A stretch of 64,000 nt of DNA from an uncultured virus (IMG/VR IMGVR_UViG_3300006217_000024) (IMGVR_UViG_3300006217_000024), one strand, 5' to 3'; shown: positions 1 to 9,829, numbered from the stretch's first letter. The notes: generated from the sequence alone by a model not told the origin. Program-made: numbers and translations.

Positions 1-183
1 ATGAGCGCCCCCTGGAACGAGCCTGAGGCCCCGTATTGGTCTGAGGTCTATGCAGATGCCTACGTGGACCTGCTTATGGCTCAGGAGGTCCCTGGGGTCC
101 AGACAAGGGATGACGCGCTCCGGGACCTGAGGCGCATAGCGCGTGATCTCGATGACTACATTTCAGATTTGGAGGCAGCATGA
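1..183 (+). CDS. Hypothetical phage protein
   Basis: 60-aa ORF whose stop overlaps the next start (ATGA). Confidence 0.5.
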   Translation: MSAPWNEPEAPYWSEVYADAYVDLLMAQEVPGVQTRDDALRDLRRIARDLDDYISDLEAA

Positions 184-701
184 GTGGTTGTTTTCGAGAC
201 CTTCCGCCAGTGCTTGATCCATGCTGCGGAAGTCGAATGTTCTATTTCAACGATCATCATCCTTCCGTTCTGTTCTGCGACAATCGCGATGTGACCGAAA
301 TGCTCTGCGACGGCCGGATGCTCACGATCCGCCCAGATGTGGTATCCGATGTGACCGCACTCCCGTTCGAGGATGAAGCGTTCCCCTTGGTCGTGTTCGA
401 CCCACCTCATCTGTTCGCAGGGTCTAACGGTTGGCAAGCCAAGAAGTATGGAACGCTCCCGAAGGACTGGCGGGAGTGGATGACTCAAGCATTCTCAGAA
501 TGCTGGCGCGTGTTGGCCAGCAACGGAACGCTCATCTTCAAATGGTTTGAGTATCGTATCCCTCTTTCTGAGGTGTTGGAATGTGCCCCGACAGAACCCT
601 TATTCGGAAATCGTAGGCCGGGAGCGAGCAAGACCCACTGGCTCGTGTTCTTCAAGCCTGAATCAACTGAAAGGAAAACTGATGACGAAACTGCTGCATG
701 A
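180..701 (+). CDS. Phage SAM-dependent (amino-type DNA) methyltransferase
   Basis: VLDPCCGSRMF SAM-binding motif and VFDPPH catalytic-type motif. Confidence 0.85.
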   Translation: MSGCFRDLPPVLDPCCGSRMFYFNDHHPSVLFCDNRDVTEMLCDGRMLTIRPDVVSDVTALPFEDEAFPLVVFDPPHLFAGSNGWQAKKYGTLPKDWREWMTQAFSECWRVLASNGTLIFKWFEYRIPLSEVLECAPTEPLFGNRRPGASKTHWLVFFKPESTERKTDDETAA

Positions 702-2019
702 GCGGCTGAGGGAATACATGAAAGATGGCGTACTCATAGACCATGAATCGCCATTAACTCAGGCATTGGAGCATTACAAGTTAACCCCAAGACTTGGCAG
801 CGTCTATGTTGAATCGTGTTTCTTTAAGAAACTTGCCGACGAAATAGAACGCTACTACATCCCACGCCCACGCTATGAAGATGGGGAACCTGTGCAGTTC
901 GGAGATTCGGCAGAGCGTGATTTCGGAACAGATGACGCTAAGAATATCGACAAGTTCGTTTTCTACAGCGGTGGTACCGTTGATGTTTGTGGCTCGAATG
1001 GGCATTTCTCTACCAGCAGAAACGGCAAAGGACTAAAGCGCCTCACTCCCAAGGTACTGGATGCCGATGGAGTGGAGATAAAGGTCGGGGATACAGTTTA
1101 CAACCTTGAAGATAAATGGGCGCAGGGTATCGTCGAAAGCATCTACAAGGGAACAATGCCTACAACGGAGAATAATTGGTACGTAGGATGCTTGGACAAT
1201 AGAGGCGAGTTTGCTTTCAACAAGAGCCCAGAAAACCTTACCCACGAACGCCCCGTATTCGATGCAAACGGTGAGCGCATCTGCAAGGGCGATACGGTGT
1301 ATGTTTCAGAGAAGTATCGCGACAGATGGTCAAGAGCCTGGTATGACGAGGACGGTATGTTCTTCGGGCTGAAAGGCGGGAAGATGGCTAGGGTGCTCAT
1401 AGCCTGTGAGGAGAGCCAAGCGGTATGCAAGGCTTTCCGTGCGCGTGGCCATGAGGCGTACAGTTGCGATCTGCAACCGTGCAGCGGTGGCCACCCTGAA
1501 TGGCACATCCAAGGGGACGCGCTGGAGGCTCTTCACGCTGAGGATTGGAATCTGCTGATCGCCCACCCTCCTTGCACCTATATGAGCAAGGCTGGGGCGC
1601 GTTGGATGTACCCAACAGCTGGATCACCCAGCAAGGAGCGGTACCGTAAGGCCATGGAAGCGAAAGAGTTCTTCATGCGTTTCCTTGATTCTGACGTACC
1701 GCGCATTGCGGTCGAGAACCCGCGACCAATGAAAATAGTGGGATTGCCCGAGCCATCTCAGACCATCCAGCCTTACGCTTTCGGAGACCCATACAGCAAG
1801 GCTACGCATCTATGGTTACGCAACCTACCTCCGCTGATGGCAACGTTGATTTGCTCAACCCATGTTCCTTGGGTGCAAAGCAACACCGGAGCAAAAGCAA
1901 GGGGAGGCAAGTCGCATCCAGGTATCGCCCGAAGCGCGAAAGAACGAAGCAAAACATTCCCCGGCATCGCCCAAGCCATGGCAGACCAATGGGGTCCATT
2001 GTTGGAGGAGGAATCATGA
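682..2019 (+). CDS. Hypothetical phage protein fused in frame to a DNA cytosine methyltransferase-like protein (second start at 1384)
   Basis: RBS AAAGGA before ATG 682; internal AAAGGCGG before ATG 1384; C-terminal part has VLIACEESQ, AHPPC and AVENP motifs. Confidence 0.7.
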   Translation: MTKLLHERLREYMKDGVLIDHESPLTQALEHYKLTPRLGSVYVESCFFKKLADEIERYYIPRPRYEDGEPVQFGDSAERDFGTDDAKNIDKFVFYSGGTVDVCGSNGHFSTSRNGKGLKRLTPKVLDADGVEIKVGDTVYNLEDKWAQGIVESIYKGTMPTTENNWYVGCLDNRGEFAFNKSPENLTHERPVFDANGERICKGDTVYVSEKYRDRWSRAWYDEDGMFFGLKGGKMARVLIACEESQAVCKAFRARGHEAYSCDLQPCSGGHPEWHIQGDALEALHAEDWNLLIAHPPCTYMSKAGARWMYPTAGSPSKERYRKAMEAKEFFMRFLDSDVPRIAVENPRPMKIVGLPEPSQTIQPYAFGDPYSKATHLWLRNLPPLMATLICSTHVPWVQSNTGAKARGGKSHPGIARSAKERSKTFPGIAQAMADQWGPLLEEES

Positions 2020-2408
2020 GCGATTGCAGCACGCAAGCAATGGCACCGAAAGAGCCGCCTAAGACTTGCGGGACGTGTGCCAACTTCGTGAAGGAGCCTT
2101 ACAAGCAACATGCGGGAGCATGCATGGCGAGCTATAAGCATTGCCCAGTGAACGGCTATCTCTGCGTAAGTGATATGTGGCCGTGTGAGAGGACTGATCT
2201 GTACATCCAGAGAGAAGACACGCTAGAACAACGCTGCCAGCAGCTAGAACTTGTGGCGAAAGAGCTGTACACAGAACTCAAGGTTCACATGATCGACGAG
2301 ATGGTTTCGAGATGTGCAACGCCGAAAGAAGCGTCTGATAGAACTCGCTTTTGTCTATCAAATCAGAGATACAGGCTCGAAGCGTTAGGGGTGAGCGTAG
2401 ATGACTAA
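2016..2408 (+). CDS. Hypothetical Cys-rich phage protein
   Basis: GGAGGAGG RBS, ATGA overlap with upstream stop, CxxCxxF motif. Confidence 0.65.
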   Translation: MSDCSTQAMAPKEPPKTCGTCANFVKEPYKQHAGACMASYKHCPVNGYLCVSDMWPCERTDLYIQREDTLEQRCQQLELVAKELYTELKVHMIDEMVSRCATPKEASDRTRFCLSNQRYRLEALGVSVDD

Positions 2409-2658
2409 CGAACTGAAACCGTGCCCGTTCTGCGGGGAAACGCCGAGCGTTGGACTGTGCGGTGATCGTGTCATGCACGACTGCGAAACGTTAGGAGATC
2501 TCATCGTATGCACCGTTGAGGCATGGAACACCCGCTATGAGCACACATGCGAGTTGATCATGCACGAAGGTTCGCCAGCATGTTCGGAATACCTGGCTGA
2601 GCAAGATTATGGTGCTCGATTCTGTGATCAATGCGGGGCCAAGGTGGTGCGCGGATGA
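2401..2658 (+). CDS. Lar-like (restriction alleviation family) zinc-finger protein
   Basis: ELKPCPFCG N-terminus, AWNTR, C-terminal FCDQCGAK. Confidence 0.7.
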   Translation: MTNELKPCPFCGETPSVGLCGDRVMHDCETLGDLIVCTVEAWNTRYEHTCELIMHEGSPACSEYLAEQDYGARFCDQCGAKVVRG

Positions 2659-3005
2659 GGCTATACGTGATCGGTCCGGTATCGGGGATAAAGAAAAACA
2701 ACCGACCGGCATTCGAGGAGGTTGCGACGGTGCTCATGGCCGAGGGCTATGGCGTTGACATACCGCACAACATAGTCCCGGAATGCGTCGATGATTGGAG
2801 GGGCGCGATGCTCCACTGCCTCCACCATTTGACCATAACGCGCGTCAGATGCGACAAAGGGCATGAGGGCGAGCACACTGGCAACCCTTACATACAGGGT
2901 ATCGCCATGCTGGACGGCTGGGAGAAGTCCAGGGGAGCGCGGATCGAGCATGATCTCGCCGAGGCGCTGGGAATCCCATGTAAGCCGTGGAGAGAATGGC
3001 TGTGA
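2655..3005 (+). CDS. DUF4406-like (nucleoside deoxyribosyltransferase-like) protein
   Basis: LYVIGPVSG...NRPAF and GWEKSRGARIEHDLA motifs; homolog at 43620. Confidence 0.8.
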   Translation: MRLYVIGPVSGIKKNNRPAFEEVATVLMAEGYGVDIPHNIVPECVDDWRGAMLHCLHHLTITRVRCDKGHEGEHTGNPYIQGIAMLDGWEKSRGARIEHDLAEALGIPCKPWREWL

Positions 3006-3024
3006 GCGACACCTAACCCATACT
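3006..3024 (+). promoter_or_regulatory. Candidate late promoter GCGACAC-N7-A-N3-T
   Basis: Same spacing at 3095, 4768, 8509, 8999, 9217, 13079, 22296. Confidence 0.6.
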
Positions 3025-3059
3025 GACACTGCGGTTGGGTACCGTCTCCTTTCTAGGTT

Positions 3060-3090
3060 AGGCCGTCTTTCGGGGCGGCCTTTCCGCTTT
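3060..3090 (+). terminator. Hairpin with TTCG loop, probable intrinsic terminator
   Basis: AGGCCGTCT-TTCG-GGGCGGCCT followed by TTCCGCTTT. Confidence 0.6.
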
Positions 3091-3094
3091 CAGA

Positions 3095-3113
3095 GCGACA
3101 CATTGCGCACTAT
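3095..3113 (+). promoter_or_regulatory. Candidate late promoter for terminase (probably leaderless)
   Basis: GCGACAC-ATTGCG-CACTAT; ATG 8 nt after the -10 element; no clear SD. Confidence 0.6.
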
Positions 3114-3120
3114 CAGGGGC

Positions 3121-4788
3121 ATGTTGACCAACCCCAGACATGAGACCTTCGTGCAGTCGATCATTGGCGGCATGTCACAGCGCAAGGCCTACATAGAGGC
3201 CTATCCCAACGCTGCGAAATGGAAGCCTGAGACCGTGGATTCCAAGGCCTCTCACCTCTTCGCCGAAGATAAGGTTCGGACAAGGTACGAGGAGCTTCAG
3301 GCGGAGACGGCGAAGGATGCCAAGATCTCGCGCGTGAAACTCCTCAAGCGCCTTGATTGCCTTGCTGACAAGTCCGAGCGGGTGATCACGCAGGTATACG
3401 ACGAAGAGGGCCGCATCAATTTCAATGCATCCCAGGCGCTTATATCGGCTACGAAGGAACTGCTTCCCTTCGCTGAGGACGAAGCCGAGGAAAAAAAGCT
3501 TTTCGTAGCAGACTTCGGATTGCTCCTCGCCCCTGACTTCCTGAAGCCCCACCGCATGATCGCACGCCGAGAGGCTGTGGATTTCTGGGCAGGGGGCGGA
3601 CGCGGGTCCATGAAGTCGTCGTGGGCATCCCTTGAAGTCGTGAAGGATATAGAGGAGAACCCCGACCACCACGCCCTCGTGATGATGCGTTACAAGAACC
3701 AGCTACGGGACTCAGCTTACACGCAAGTGGTGTGGGCCATTCAGATCCTAGGCCTTGAAGATGACTACGAGATGCCAGCCTCCACCCTGCGCATCCGAAA
3801 GAAATCCACGGGGCAGCTCATCATTTTCAAAGGTTGCGACAATCCGAACAAGGTAAAGGGTGTCAAGGTCCCATTCGGATACATCGCCATCCTATGGATG
3901 GAAGAGTGCGACATGTTCCGAGGCATGGCCGAAATCCGAAAGGTCCAGCAGTCGGCCATCCGCGGCGGCGATGACTACATCCGTATGTACACCTTCAACC
4001 CTCCACGCTCCAAGCAGTGCTGGATCAATGAGCATGTTCAGGGCCTTAAGGATAGAGGACTACCCTACTTCGAAAGCAATTACCTCCGTGCTCCCGTCGA
4101 ATGGCTAGGTGAGCAGTTCATCGAGGATGCCGAAGAGCTCAAGCGCACAGACCCCCAAGCCTATGAGCATGAGTACATGGGCATTCCCGTGGGTCTTGGC
4201 GGGGATGTGTTCGACCGCTACACCTTCCGAGAGATCACCGATGGCGAGATAGCTGCGTTTGATAACCTCAGATGCGGCCAAGATTTCGGTTGGTTCCCTG
4301 ACCCATGGGCATTCACGATGTCCGAATGGCAGGCCGCCACGCGCACCATCCTCACCTGGTACGAAGACGGCGGGAACAAGCTTCCTCCCAATATCCAGGC
4401 AGAGCGGATCAAGGCCGCGCTCACATGGTCCGATGATGGACGCACCGAGACCTACCACCATGCCCGCGTGCTCTCAGATGATGCCCGAAACGACCTCATA
4501 TCAGCCCAGAGGGATGCCGGTGTCAATGCCAGAGCATCCGAAAAGGGTTTCATGCGCGAGGCATCCTACGAATTCTTGCAGTCATGCACCTGGGTAATAG
4601 ACCCAGTGCGCTGCCCACACCTCGCCAAAGAGGTGCGAGAGATGCAGTACGAGAAGAATGCAGATGACGAATGGCTTAACTCGATTCCGGATGGCAATGA
4701 CCACTGGGTAGATGCCACCCGCTACGCCTTCATGAGAGAGGCCAAGAAGCGCAGAGCCTACCGCGGAGCGACACCTCCGCCAAAGTAG
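3121..4788 (+). CDS. terL: PBSX-family terminase large subunit with N-terminal small-subunit-like domain
   Basis: GGGRGSMKS Walker A, LWMEE Walker B, TFNPP, GQDFG, NDHWVDATRY. Confidence 0.93.
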   Translation: MLTNPRHETFVQSIIGGMSQRKAYIEAYPNAAKWKPETVDSKASHLFAEDKVRTRYEELQAETAKDAKISRVKLLKRLDCLADKSERVITQVYDEEGRINFNASQALISATKELLPFAEDEAEEKKLFVADFGLLLAPDFLKPHRMIARREAVDFWAGGGRGSMKSSWASLEVVKDIEENPDHHALVMMRYKNQLRDSAYTQVVWAIQILGLEDDYEMPASTLRIRKKSTGQLIIFKGCDNPNKVKGVKVPFGYIAILWMEECDMFRGMAEIRKVQQSAIRGGDDYIRMYTFNPPRSKQCWINEHVQGLKDRGLPYFESNYLRAPVEWLGEQFIEDAEELKRTDPQAYEHEYMGIPVGLGGDVFDRYTFREITDGEIAAFDNLRCGQDFGWFPDPWAFTMSEWQAATRTILTWYEDGGNKLPPNIQAERIKAALTWSDDGRTETYHHARVLSDDARNDLISAQRDAGVNARASEKGFMREASYEFLQSCTWVIDPVRCPHLAKEVREMQYEKNADDEWLNSIPDGNDHWVDATRYAFMREAKKRRAYRGATPPPK

Positions 4789-4815
4789 CCTCAAACGGCG
4801 CGAGAAAGGCTTGGC

Positions 4816-6228
4816 GTGACGCTCGAAGAGTTCTCCCTATCCTCGAAAGCTAAAGAAATCATCAAAGATGCGGGCTATGAGCTGTACACCACCATGGATA
4901 CTCATATCCAAGAGTGGTATAGCTGGTACACCACAAGCAATGATGATTTCTACAAGGTCGATTATGTAGTGAAAGCGGGTGATACAGAGAGCAAGAAAAG
5001 CCGTGATCGCTACAGCTTAAAGCCTGCGAAGAGAGTATGTCGCGAATATGCCTCCCTAATCCTCACCGAAGATACAGAAATCTCAGTAGATACCTCGAAA
5101 GCCAATGCGTGGCTCCAGGACTACCTGTCCCGGAACAGCTTCTGGCCGTCTGGACAGAACCTGATAGAGAGAGCCTTCGCTATCGGAACAGGCGCGTGGG
5201 TGCTCGACTACGACATTAAGCAGAACGCAGCAGAGAGCAAGGTACGTATTCAGCGCCACGATGCGCGCATGTTGAAACCGCTCTCATGGGACGTTGAAGG
5301 GATATCCGAGTGCGCAATAGCCGACAGGATCACTCATAAGGGCAAGAGCATTGAACGGCTTGCTCTCTACGTCCTAGATGAGGGCACATACCACGTCAAG
5401 ATGCACCTCATCAAGGATAATGCCGAGATAACCCCAGAGGAACTTGGATATATCTCAGACTTCGACACGCAGAGCCCCCGTAAACCCTTCGGCATCGTCA
5501 TCCCCGGGATTGATAACACCCTCGCGGACTTCTCTCCCTATGGCATGAGCATCTTCGCTGATGCCGTGGATGCGATCAAGGCCGTTGATCTCGCTTTCGA
5601 TTCGCTCTATCAGGAGGTCGACTTGACCCAGGTCAAGATATTCGCCTCTGAGGAGATGCTAGATATCGACGTGCGGAACGGGAAAGCAATTCCGTTGTCA
5701 AAGCAGGATATGCAGACCTATCGGATGATGGAGGGGCAAAATGCAAGCAGGTTCATCGATATATTCTCTCCCAACATCCGCACCGACCCGCTCAAACAAG
5801 CTCTTAACATCGCACTTGCAGAGCTAGGTGAGGAGTGCGGTTTCGGCCAAAACTACTTCACGCTCGACAAGGCAGGCGGCCTCAAGACTGCGACTGAGGT
5901 AGTGGCCGACAATGGCGCCCTCATGCGAAACGTGAAGAAGCATGAGAACGTAGTGCGCACTGCCATCCAGGATGTCATGGGTGCATTGCTCGATACTGCA
6001 AGGATTCACTGTGATGCGGATATAGAACAAGACTTCGGCGCTGTTTCAGTCAAATTCGATGATTCCGTTATTACAGACACCCAGACCGCCAAGAACCAGA
6101 TGCTGGCCGAGATAGCAGCAGGGGTCCTTCCGAAGTGGAAATACGCTGAAACCTGGTACGGGATGACCGAGGAGCAGGCGAAGGCCGAGCTACCGCAGCA
6201 AGAGCAAGCGTTTGACCCGGGATTCTAA
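4816..6228 (+). CDS. Portal protein (SPP1/A118-like)
   Basis: Follows terminase; SPYGMSIF, KTATEV, VKFDDSVI motifs; homolog at 46072. Confidence 0.9.
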   Translation: MTLEEFSLSSKAKEIIKDAGYELYTTMDTHIQEWYSWYTTSNDDFYKVDYVVKAGDTESKKSRDRYSLKPAKRVCREYASLILTEDTEISVDTSKANAWLQDYLSRNSFWPSGQNLIERAFAIGTGAWVLDYDIKQNAAESKVRIQRHDARMLKPLSWDVEGISECAIADRITHKGKSIERLALYVLDEGTYHVKMHLIKDNAEITPEELGYISDFDTQSPRKPFGIVIPGIDNTLADFSPYGMSIFADAVDAIKAVDLAFDSLYQEVDLTQVKIFASEEMLDIDVRNGKAIPLSKQDMQTYRMMEGQNASRFIDIFSPNIRTDPLKQALNIALAELGEECGFGQNYFTLDKAGGLKTATEVVADNGALMRNVKKHENVVRTAIQDVMGALLDTARIHCDADIEQDFGAVSVKFDDSVITDTQTAKNQMLAEIAAGVLPKWKYAETWYGMTEEQAKAELPQQEQAFDPGF

Positions 6229-8232
6229 ATGCTCTCCCCTGAATTGATGGGGGAAGCCGGGGATGCAGTAGCCACCGTCTACACCCAGATAGAAGCGGAG
6301 ATGCTGGCCCATCTTACGGCCACGATGCTCTCAGGGGATATCACCTCCAAGACCGCCGGGGAGCTCGCCCTGTTGGCCCAGACCCACGAAAGCGAACTTC
6401 GGGCTATCATCGAAGCTAACAGGGATGCCATAGATGCCGCAGTCCTTGACACAGCAGAACGGCTCCTAGAGGCCTCGGACGCTGATGACCGCTCAAGGCT
6501 CCTCTCAGATGAGCGAAAAGCTCCTGCCCAGATAATCTCTACAGTAGCCGGGATAGCAGAGGTCCTAAGCCGCGATAACCTTGCCATGCTCAAAGGCGCA
6601 AAAGAGGCATTCCTCCAGGCCTCCATCGAAGCGGTGACCCAGGTCAACACCGGATACCTCACAGCGGATAAGGCAGTGCATAAGGCGGTCCGCAAGCTGG
6701 CTAGAGGCGGCATCCCTATAACCCATGTGACCTACAAGGACGGCCAGGGCAATGTGACCGTCCGCAATAACGTGGATGTGGCCGTGAGGCGTCATGTGAG
6801 GACCCAGATAGCCCAAGACGCTAACCGGATGTCAATGGAGCGCCTGGACAAGCTGGAGATCAAGCTGGTAGAGGTCTCAAGTCATGCTGATGCACGCCCC
6901 TCCCATGCCGAATGGCAGGGCCAGTGCTACTCCTTAAACGGCGAGATTACGATAGATGATGTGACTTATAAGGACTTTTACCTCCATTGCATGAGCGGGG
7001 ACCTGGGAGATATCTTGGGAGGGGTAAATTGTCGGCATTCATTCGGTCCATATCGTCATGGAGCACCTAGGAGATACAGCCCGAATCCCGAGCATCCTTC
7101 CGGCCTTTCCGGTGAGGAGATCTACAACCTCGAGCAGAAGCAACGGTACCTAGAGCGTGCCATCCGTGCTGATAAGCGCGAACTGATGACCGCACAAGAG
7201 GCCTATGAGCAGGATTCCACCCTCTCGAACAAGACCGCTCTCATAAAGGCCCAGGAGCGCCTGAAGAAGCGCCAGGAGACCATGCGGGAGTTCATCAAGG
7301 AGGCGAACGCCCGGAGCAAGAACCCTCGTGTGAGCGTGCTCACCAGAAAGCCGAACCGCGAATGGGCGGGCGATATGCCTAAATCCAAGATGGTTCCAGC
7401 TTCGCATCGGAGCGTGAGCAAGTTCCTTAACCAGAAGAGCATCAAGTCCCAGATGCAATCTGCTGGCATCTCCAAGACCCGCATGAAGGCCGAGATATCC
7501 GCGGAGATGCTGCGGCGGGGTGGAACGACTGCTGACTTCGCGTCGCTCAGCGCCAAGGAGCAGCAGAGCATCTTCAGCAAGGTCAGAGGAGCCATAGATT
7601 CCAAGCTACCAAGCACGAAGAAGGCAAGGGTGGGGGTGCATACTAAACCCAAGTTCTCCCTAGAAGATTACCTTTATGAACTCGAAGGGGAACGAAGACC
7701 CATGACCTTTAAACAGGCAGACGGAAACAGAGTCAATCCGAACTATTTAAAAAAGCGTGGCTCTACGAAAAATTGTCAAACGTGCGCTGCGGTCTATGAA
7801 GCAAGACGGCAAGGATGGAATGTTGTCGCAAGGCTACGGTACAACAACAAGACGATGGATAATCTTGCGAAAAAACCAGAACGTATCTGGCTCGACCCGA
7901 ACACCTGGCGCCCCCCGACGAGAATCGAACATTCTTCTCACAATGGAGTCAATAATGCATCTTTCGTTAACACAATCGTGGGGCAAGATGAGCGATACTC
8001 CATGCGATACACCTATTTGGGCATGGACAATAAATGGCACGGACATGTCGTCTCCGCTGAGCGTGATAAACATGGAGACCTGTTTATCTATGATGGACAA
8101 AATGGCAGGGTGTATCAAGGCGAGGAATTCAAGAAATTCATGGCGCTCCCTCGTGAAATAGGCTTATTCAGAGTTGATAACGCTATACTCAATGTTGACA
8201 TTGCCAAGCAAGTCTTCCAGTTAGGATTCTAA
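6229..8232 (+). CDS. Minor capsid protein (MuF-like) with C-terminal papain-fold toxin-like domain
   Basis: VSSHADARPSHAEWQG and GVNCRHSF motifs; C-terminus with NCQTC, GHV, YDGQ. Confidence 0.85.
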   Translation: MLSPELMGEAGDAVATVYTQIEAEMLAHLTATMLSGDITSKTAGELALLAQTHESELRAIIEANRDAIDAAVLDTAERLLEASDADDRSRLLSDERKAPAQIISTVAGIAEVLSRDNLAMLKGAKEAFLQASIEAVTQVNTGYLTADKAVHKAVRKLARGGIPITHVTYKDGQGNVTVRNNVDVAVRRHVRTQIAQDANRMSMERLDKLEIKLVEVSSHADARPSHAEWQGQCYSLNGEITIDDVTYKDFYLHCMSGDLGDILGGVNCRHSFGPYRHGAPRRYSPNPEHPSGLSGEEIYNLEQKQRYLERAIRADKRELMTAQEAYEQDSTLSNKTALIKAQERLKKRQETMREFIKEANARSKNPRVSVLTRKPNREWAGDMPKSKMVPASHRSVSKFLNQKSIKSQMQSAGISKTRMKAEISAEMLRRGGTTADFASLSAKEQQSIFSKVRGAIDSKLPSTKKARVGVHTKPKFSLEDYLYELEGERRPMTFKQADGNRVNPNYLKKRGSTKNCQTCAAVYEARRQGWNVVARLRYNNKTMDNLAKKPERIWLDPNTWRPPTRIEHSSHNGVNNASFVNTIVGQDERYSMRYTYLGMDNKWHGHVVSAERDKHGDLFIYDGQNGRVYQGEEFKKFMALPREIGLFRVDNAILNVDIAKQVFQLGF

Positions 8233-8507
8233 TGGAGCTAAGATACGAAATAGAAGCAACACGCTTTGCTCAGAAAAACGGATTTGATGGTGTCTACAAT
8301 GCGCGGATAAATTCTGACGGCTCCGAAGAATACCAAGCTGGATGGTTTGACGAGAACGCTATGGGTGGATTGTTAGGTGGTTGGACTTGCCCATTTGACG
8401 ATCAATCCTACGGAATCACAGCCAACGAAAACGGTGTGCATTGGTCTAACGATAGTCATTGCACCTATGATCAGAGCTTCCGAAACCCTCTTATACCCGA
8501 TGTTTAG
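8232..8507 (+). CDS. Small protein, candidate immunity partner
   Basis: TAATG coupling to the toxin-like gene; visibly lower GC. Confidence 0.6.
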   Translation: MELRYEIEATRFAQKNGFDGVYNARINSDGSEEYQAGWFDENAMGGLLGGWTCPFDDQSYGITANENGVHWSNDSHCTYDQSFRNPLIPDV

Positions 8508-8549
8508 CGCGACACCTCATGCACACTGCCTCCATCGGAAGGAGACATC

Positions 8550-8921
8550 ATGAAACGGGATATGGATCTGGTTCGGAATATCCTCTTTGCCGTGGAAGAT
8601 TCCGACGAACCGCTTGATACCGACTTCCTGGACTTCGGAGAACATACGTCCGAAGAGGTTTCCTATCATGTGCGCATGCTCACCGCGCATGGCCTTCTTG
8701 ATTCTCACGATGATGGAGATTACGGTTCCCCGAACCGCATCATCATTGACGGTCTGACGTGGGACGGATGTGATTATCTTGATGCCATCAGGAACGCCCG
8801 TGTCTGGGATAAGACTAAGGAAACTGTGAAGAAAGCAGTAGGATCTACCACTATGAGCGTCATCAAAGAGACCGCCGTGAAGATAGCATCGAAGCTGATA
8901 GACATAGAGATCTATTCATGA
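8550..8921 (+). CDS. DUF2513-like accessory protein
   Basis: MKRDMDLVRNIL...LTWDGCDYLDAIR; AAGGAG RBS; own promoter motif at 8509. Confidence 0.8.
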   Translation: MKRDMDLVRNILFAVEDSDEPLDTDFLDFGEHTSEEVSYHVRMLTAHGLLDSHDDGDYGSPNRIIIDGLTWDGCDYLDAIRNARVWDKTKETVKKAVGSTTMSVIKETAVKIASKLIDIEIYS

Positions 8922-8950
8922 AGCCCACGCGACAATGAGTCTTTCCTCTG

Positions 8951-8972
8951 GCCCCGCTTCAGCGGGGCTTTT
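8951..8972 (+). terminator. Intrinsic terminator
   Basis: GCCCCGC-TTCA-GCGGGGC followed by TTTT. Confidence 0.8.
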
Positions 8973-9023
8973 CAATTGCCTCGAATTCGATGCCTTTAGC
9001 GACACGCTCCATATCATCTCAGC

Positions 9024-9212
9024 ATGCAGACCATCACCTCATATTCATGCCTCACCTGCGCATGGTCATCCACCGTTGATGAAGACGGTTTCGTAGAGTG
9101 CCGTCGCTTCCCACCAGAGGTCCACATCATCGACAACAAGCCCATTCAGCTTCGACCGCGCATGCATCCCAGTGACATCTGTGGAGAGCATACAGACCCT
9201 GACGATATCTAG
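9024..9212 (+). CDS. Small Cys-rich (metal-binding) protein, probably leaderless
   Basis: CxxC...CRRFPP...CGEH; promoter motif at 8999 with ATG 7 nt after the -10 element. Confidence 0.6.
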   Translation: MQTITSYSCLTCAWSSTVDEDGFVECRRFPPEVHIIDNKPIQLRPRMHPSDICGEHTDPDDI

Positions 9213-9316
9213 CCAAGCGACACCTGTCAGAACCTGTTCCTGCTTGGGATAGCGCAAAAAACCCACCTGATGCGCAGAGAAGCGCGCAAACAAACCCAGG
9301 ACGAAAGGACAGGAAC

Positions 9317-9829
9317 ATGGGTGAGGAAGAGAAGGGCTTGGAAGGTCAGGAAGAGCAGAAGCCTGAGACCCCTCCTGCTGACGAGCAGAAGAAGGGTGAC
9401 GCTGCTCCTGACGGCAAGAAAGCCGAGGAGGACATCAAGGACTCCCACGGTCAGCCTGGCATCAACAAGGAGCGCCATGAGAAGGAGATGGCGGCCAAGG
9501 ATGCCAAGATCAAGGAGCTAGAAGCCAAGATCGATGAGAGTGCCAAGACCGAGAAGGGCCGCGAGGACATGAAAGCGGAGCTTGAGAAGGTCAAGGCTGA
9601 GATGGCTGATGAGCGTGTAACCCACAAGCTAGAGCTTGCAGGGTGTCGCTCCGTCAAGGCCGCAAAGGCTCTCCTTGACGACTTCGACGGCGACGTCTCC
9701 AAGCTCAAGGCCGAGCACCCCTATCTGTTCGAAGCAGACAAGAAGACAGGCCGCGCGGGCGGAAAGCCTGGCGGCGCACCCAATGGCATTGACAGCAAGA
9801 TTGACGATGCCATGGGCGTGAAGGGCTGA
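9317..9829 (+). CDS. Capsid scaffolding protein
   Basis: Charged coiled-coil protein ending HPYLF..., directly before major capsid. Confidence 0.85.
   Translation: MGEEEKGLEGQEEQKPETPPADEQKKGDAAPDGKKAEEDIKDSHGQPGINKERHEKEMAAKDAKIKELEAKIDESAKTEKGREDMKAELEKVKAEMADERVTHKLELAGCRSVKAAKALLDDFDGDVSKLKAEHPYLFEADKKTGRAGGKPGGAPNGIDSKIDDAMGVKG

Noticed and set aside
2863..3120. Terminase start at 2863
   Set aside because: Overlaps the DUF4406-like gene, a terminator and promoter motifs; ATG 3121 fits better
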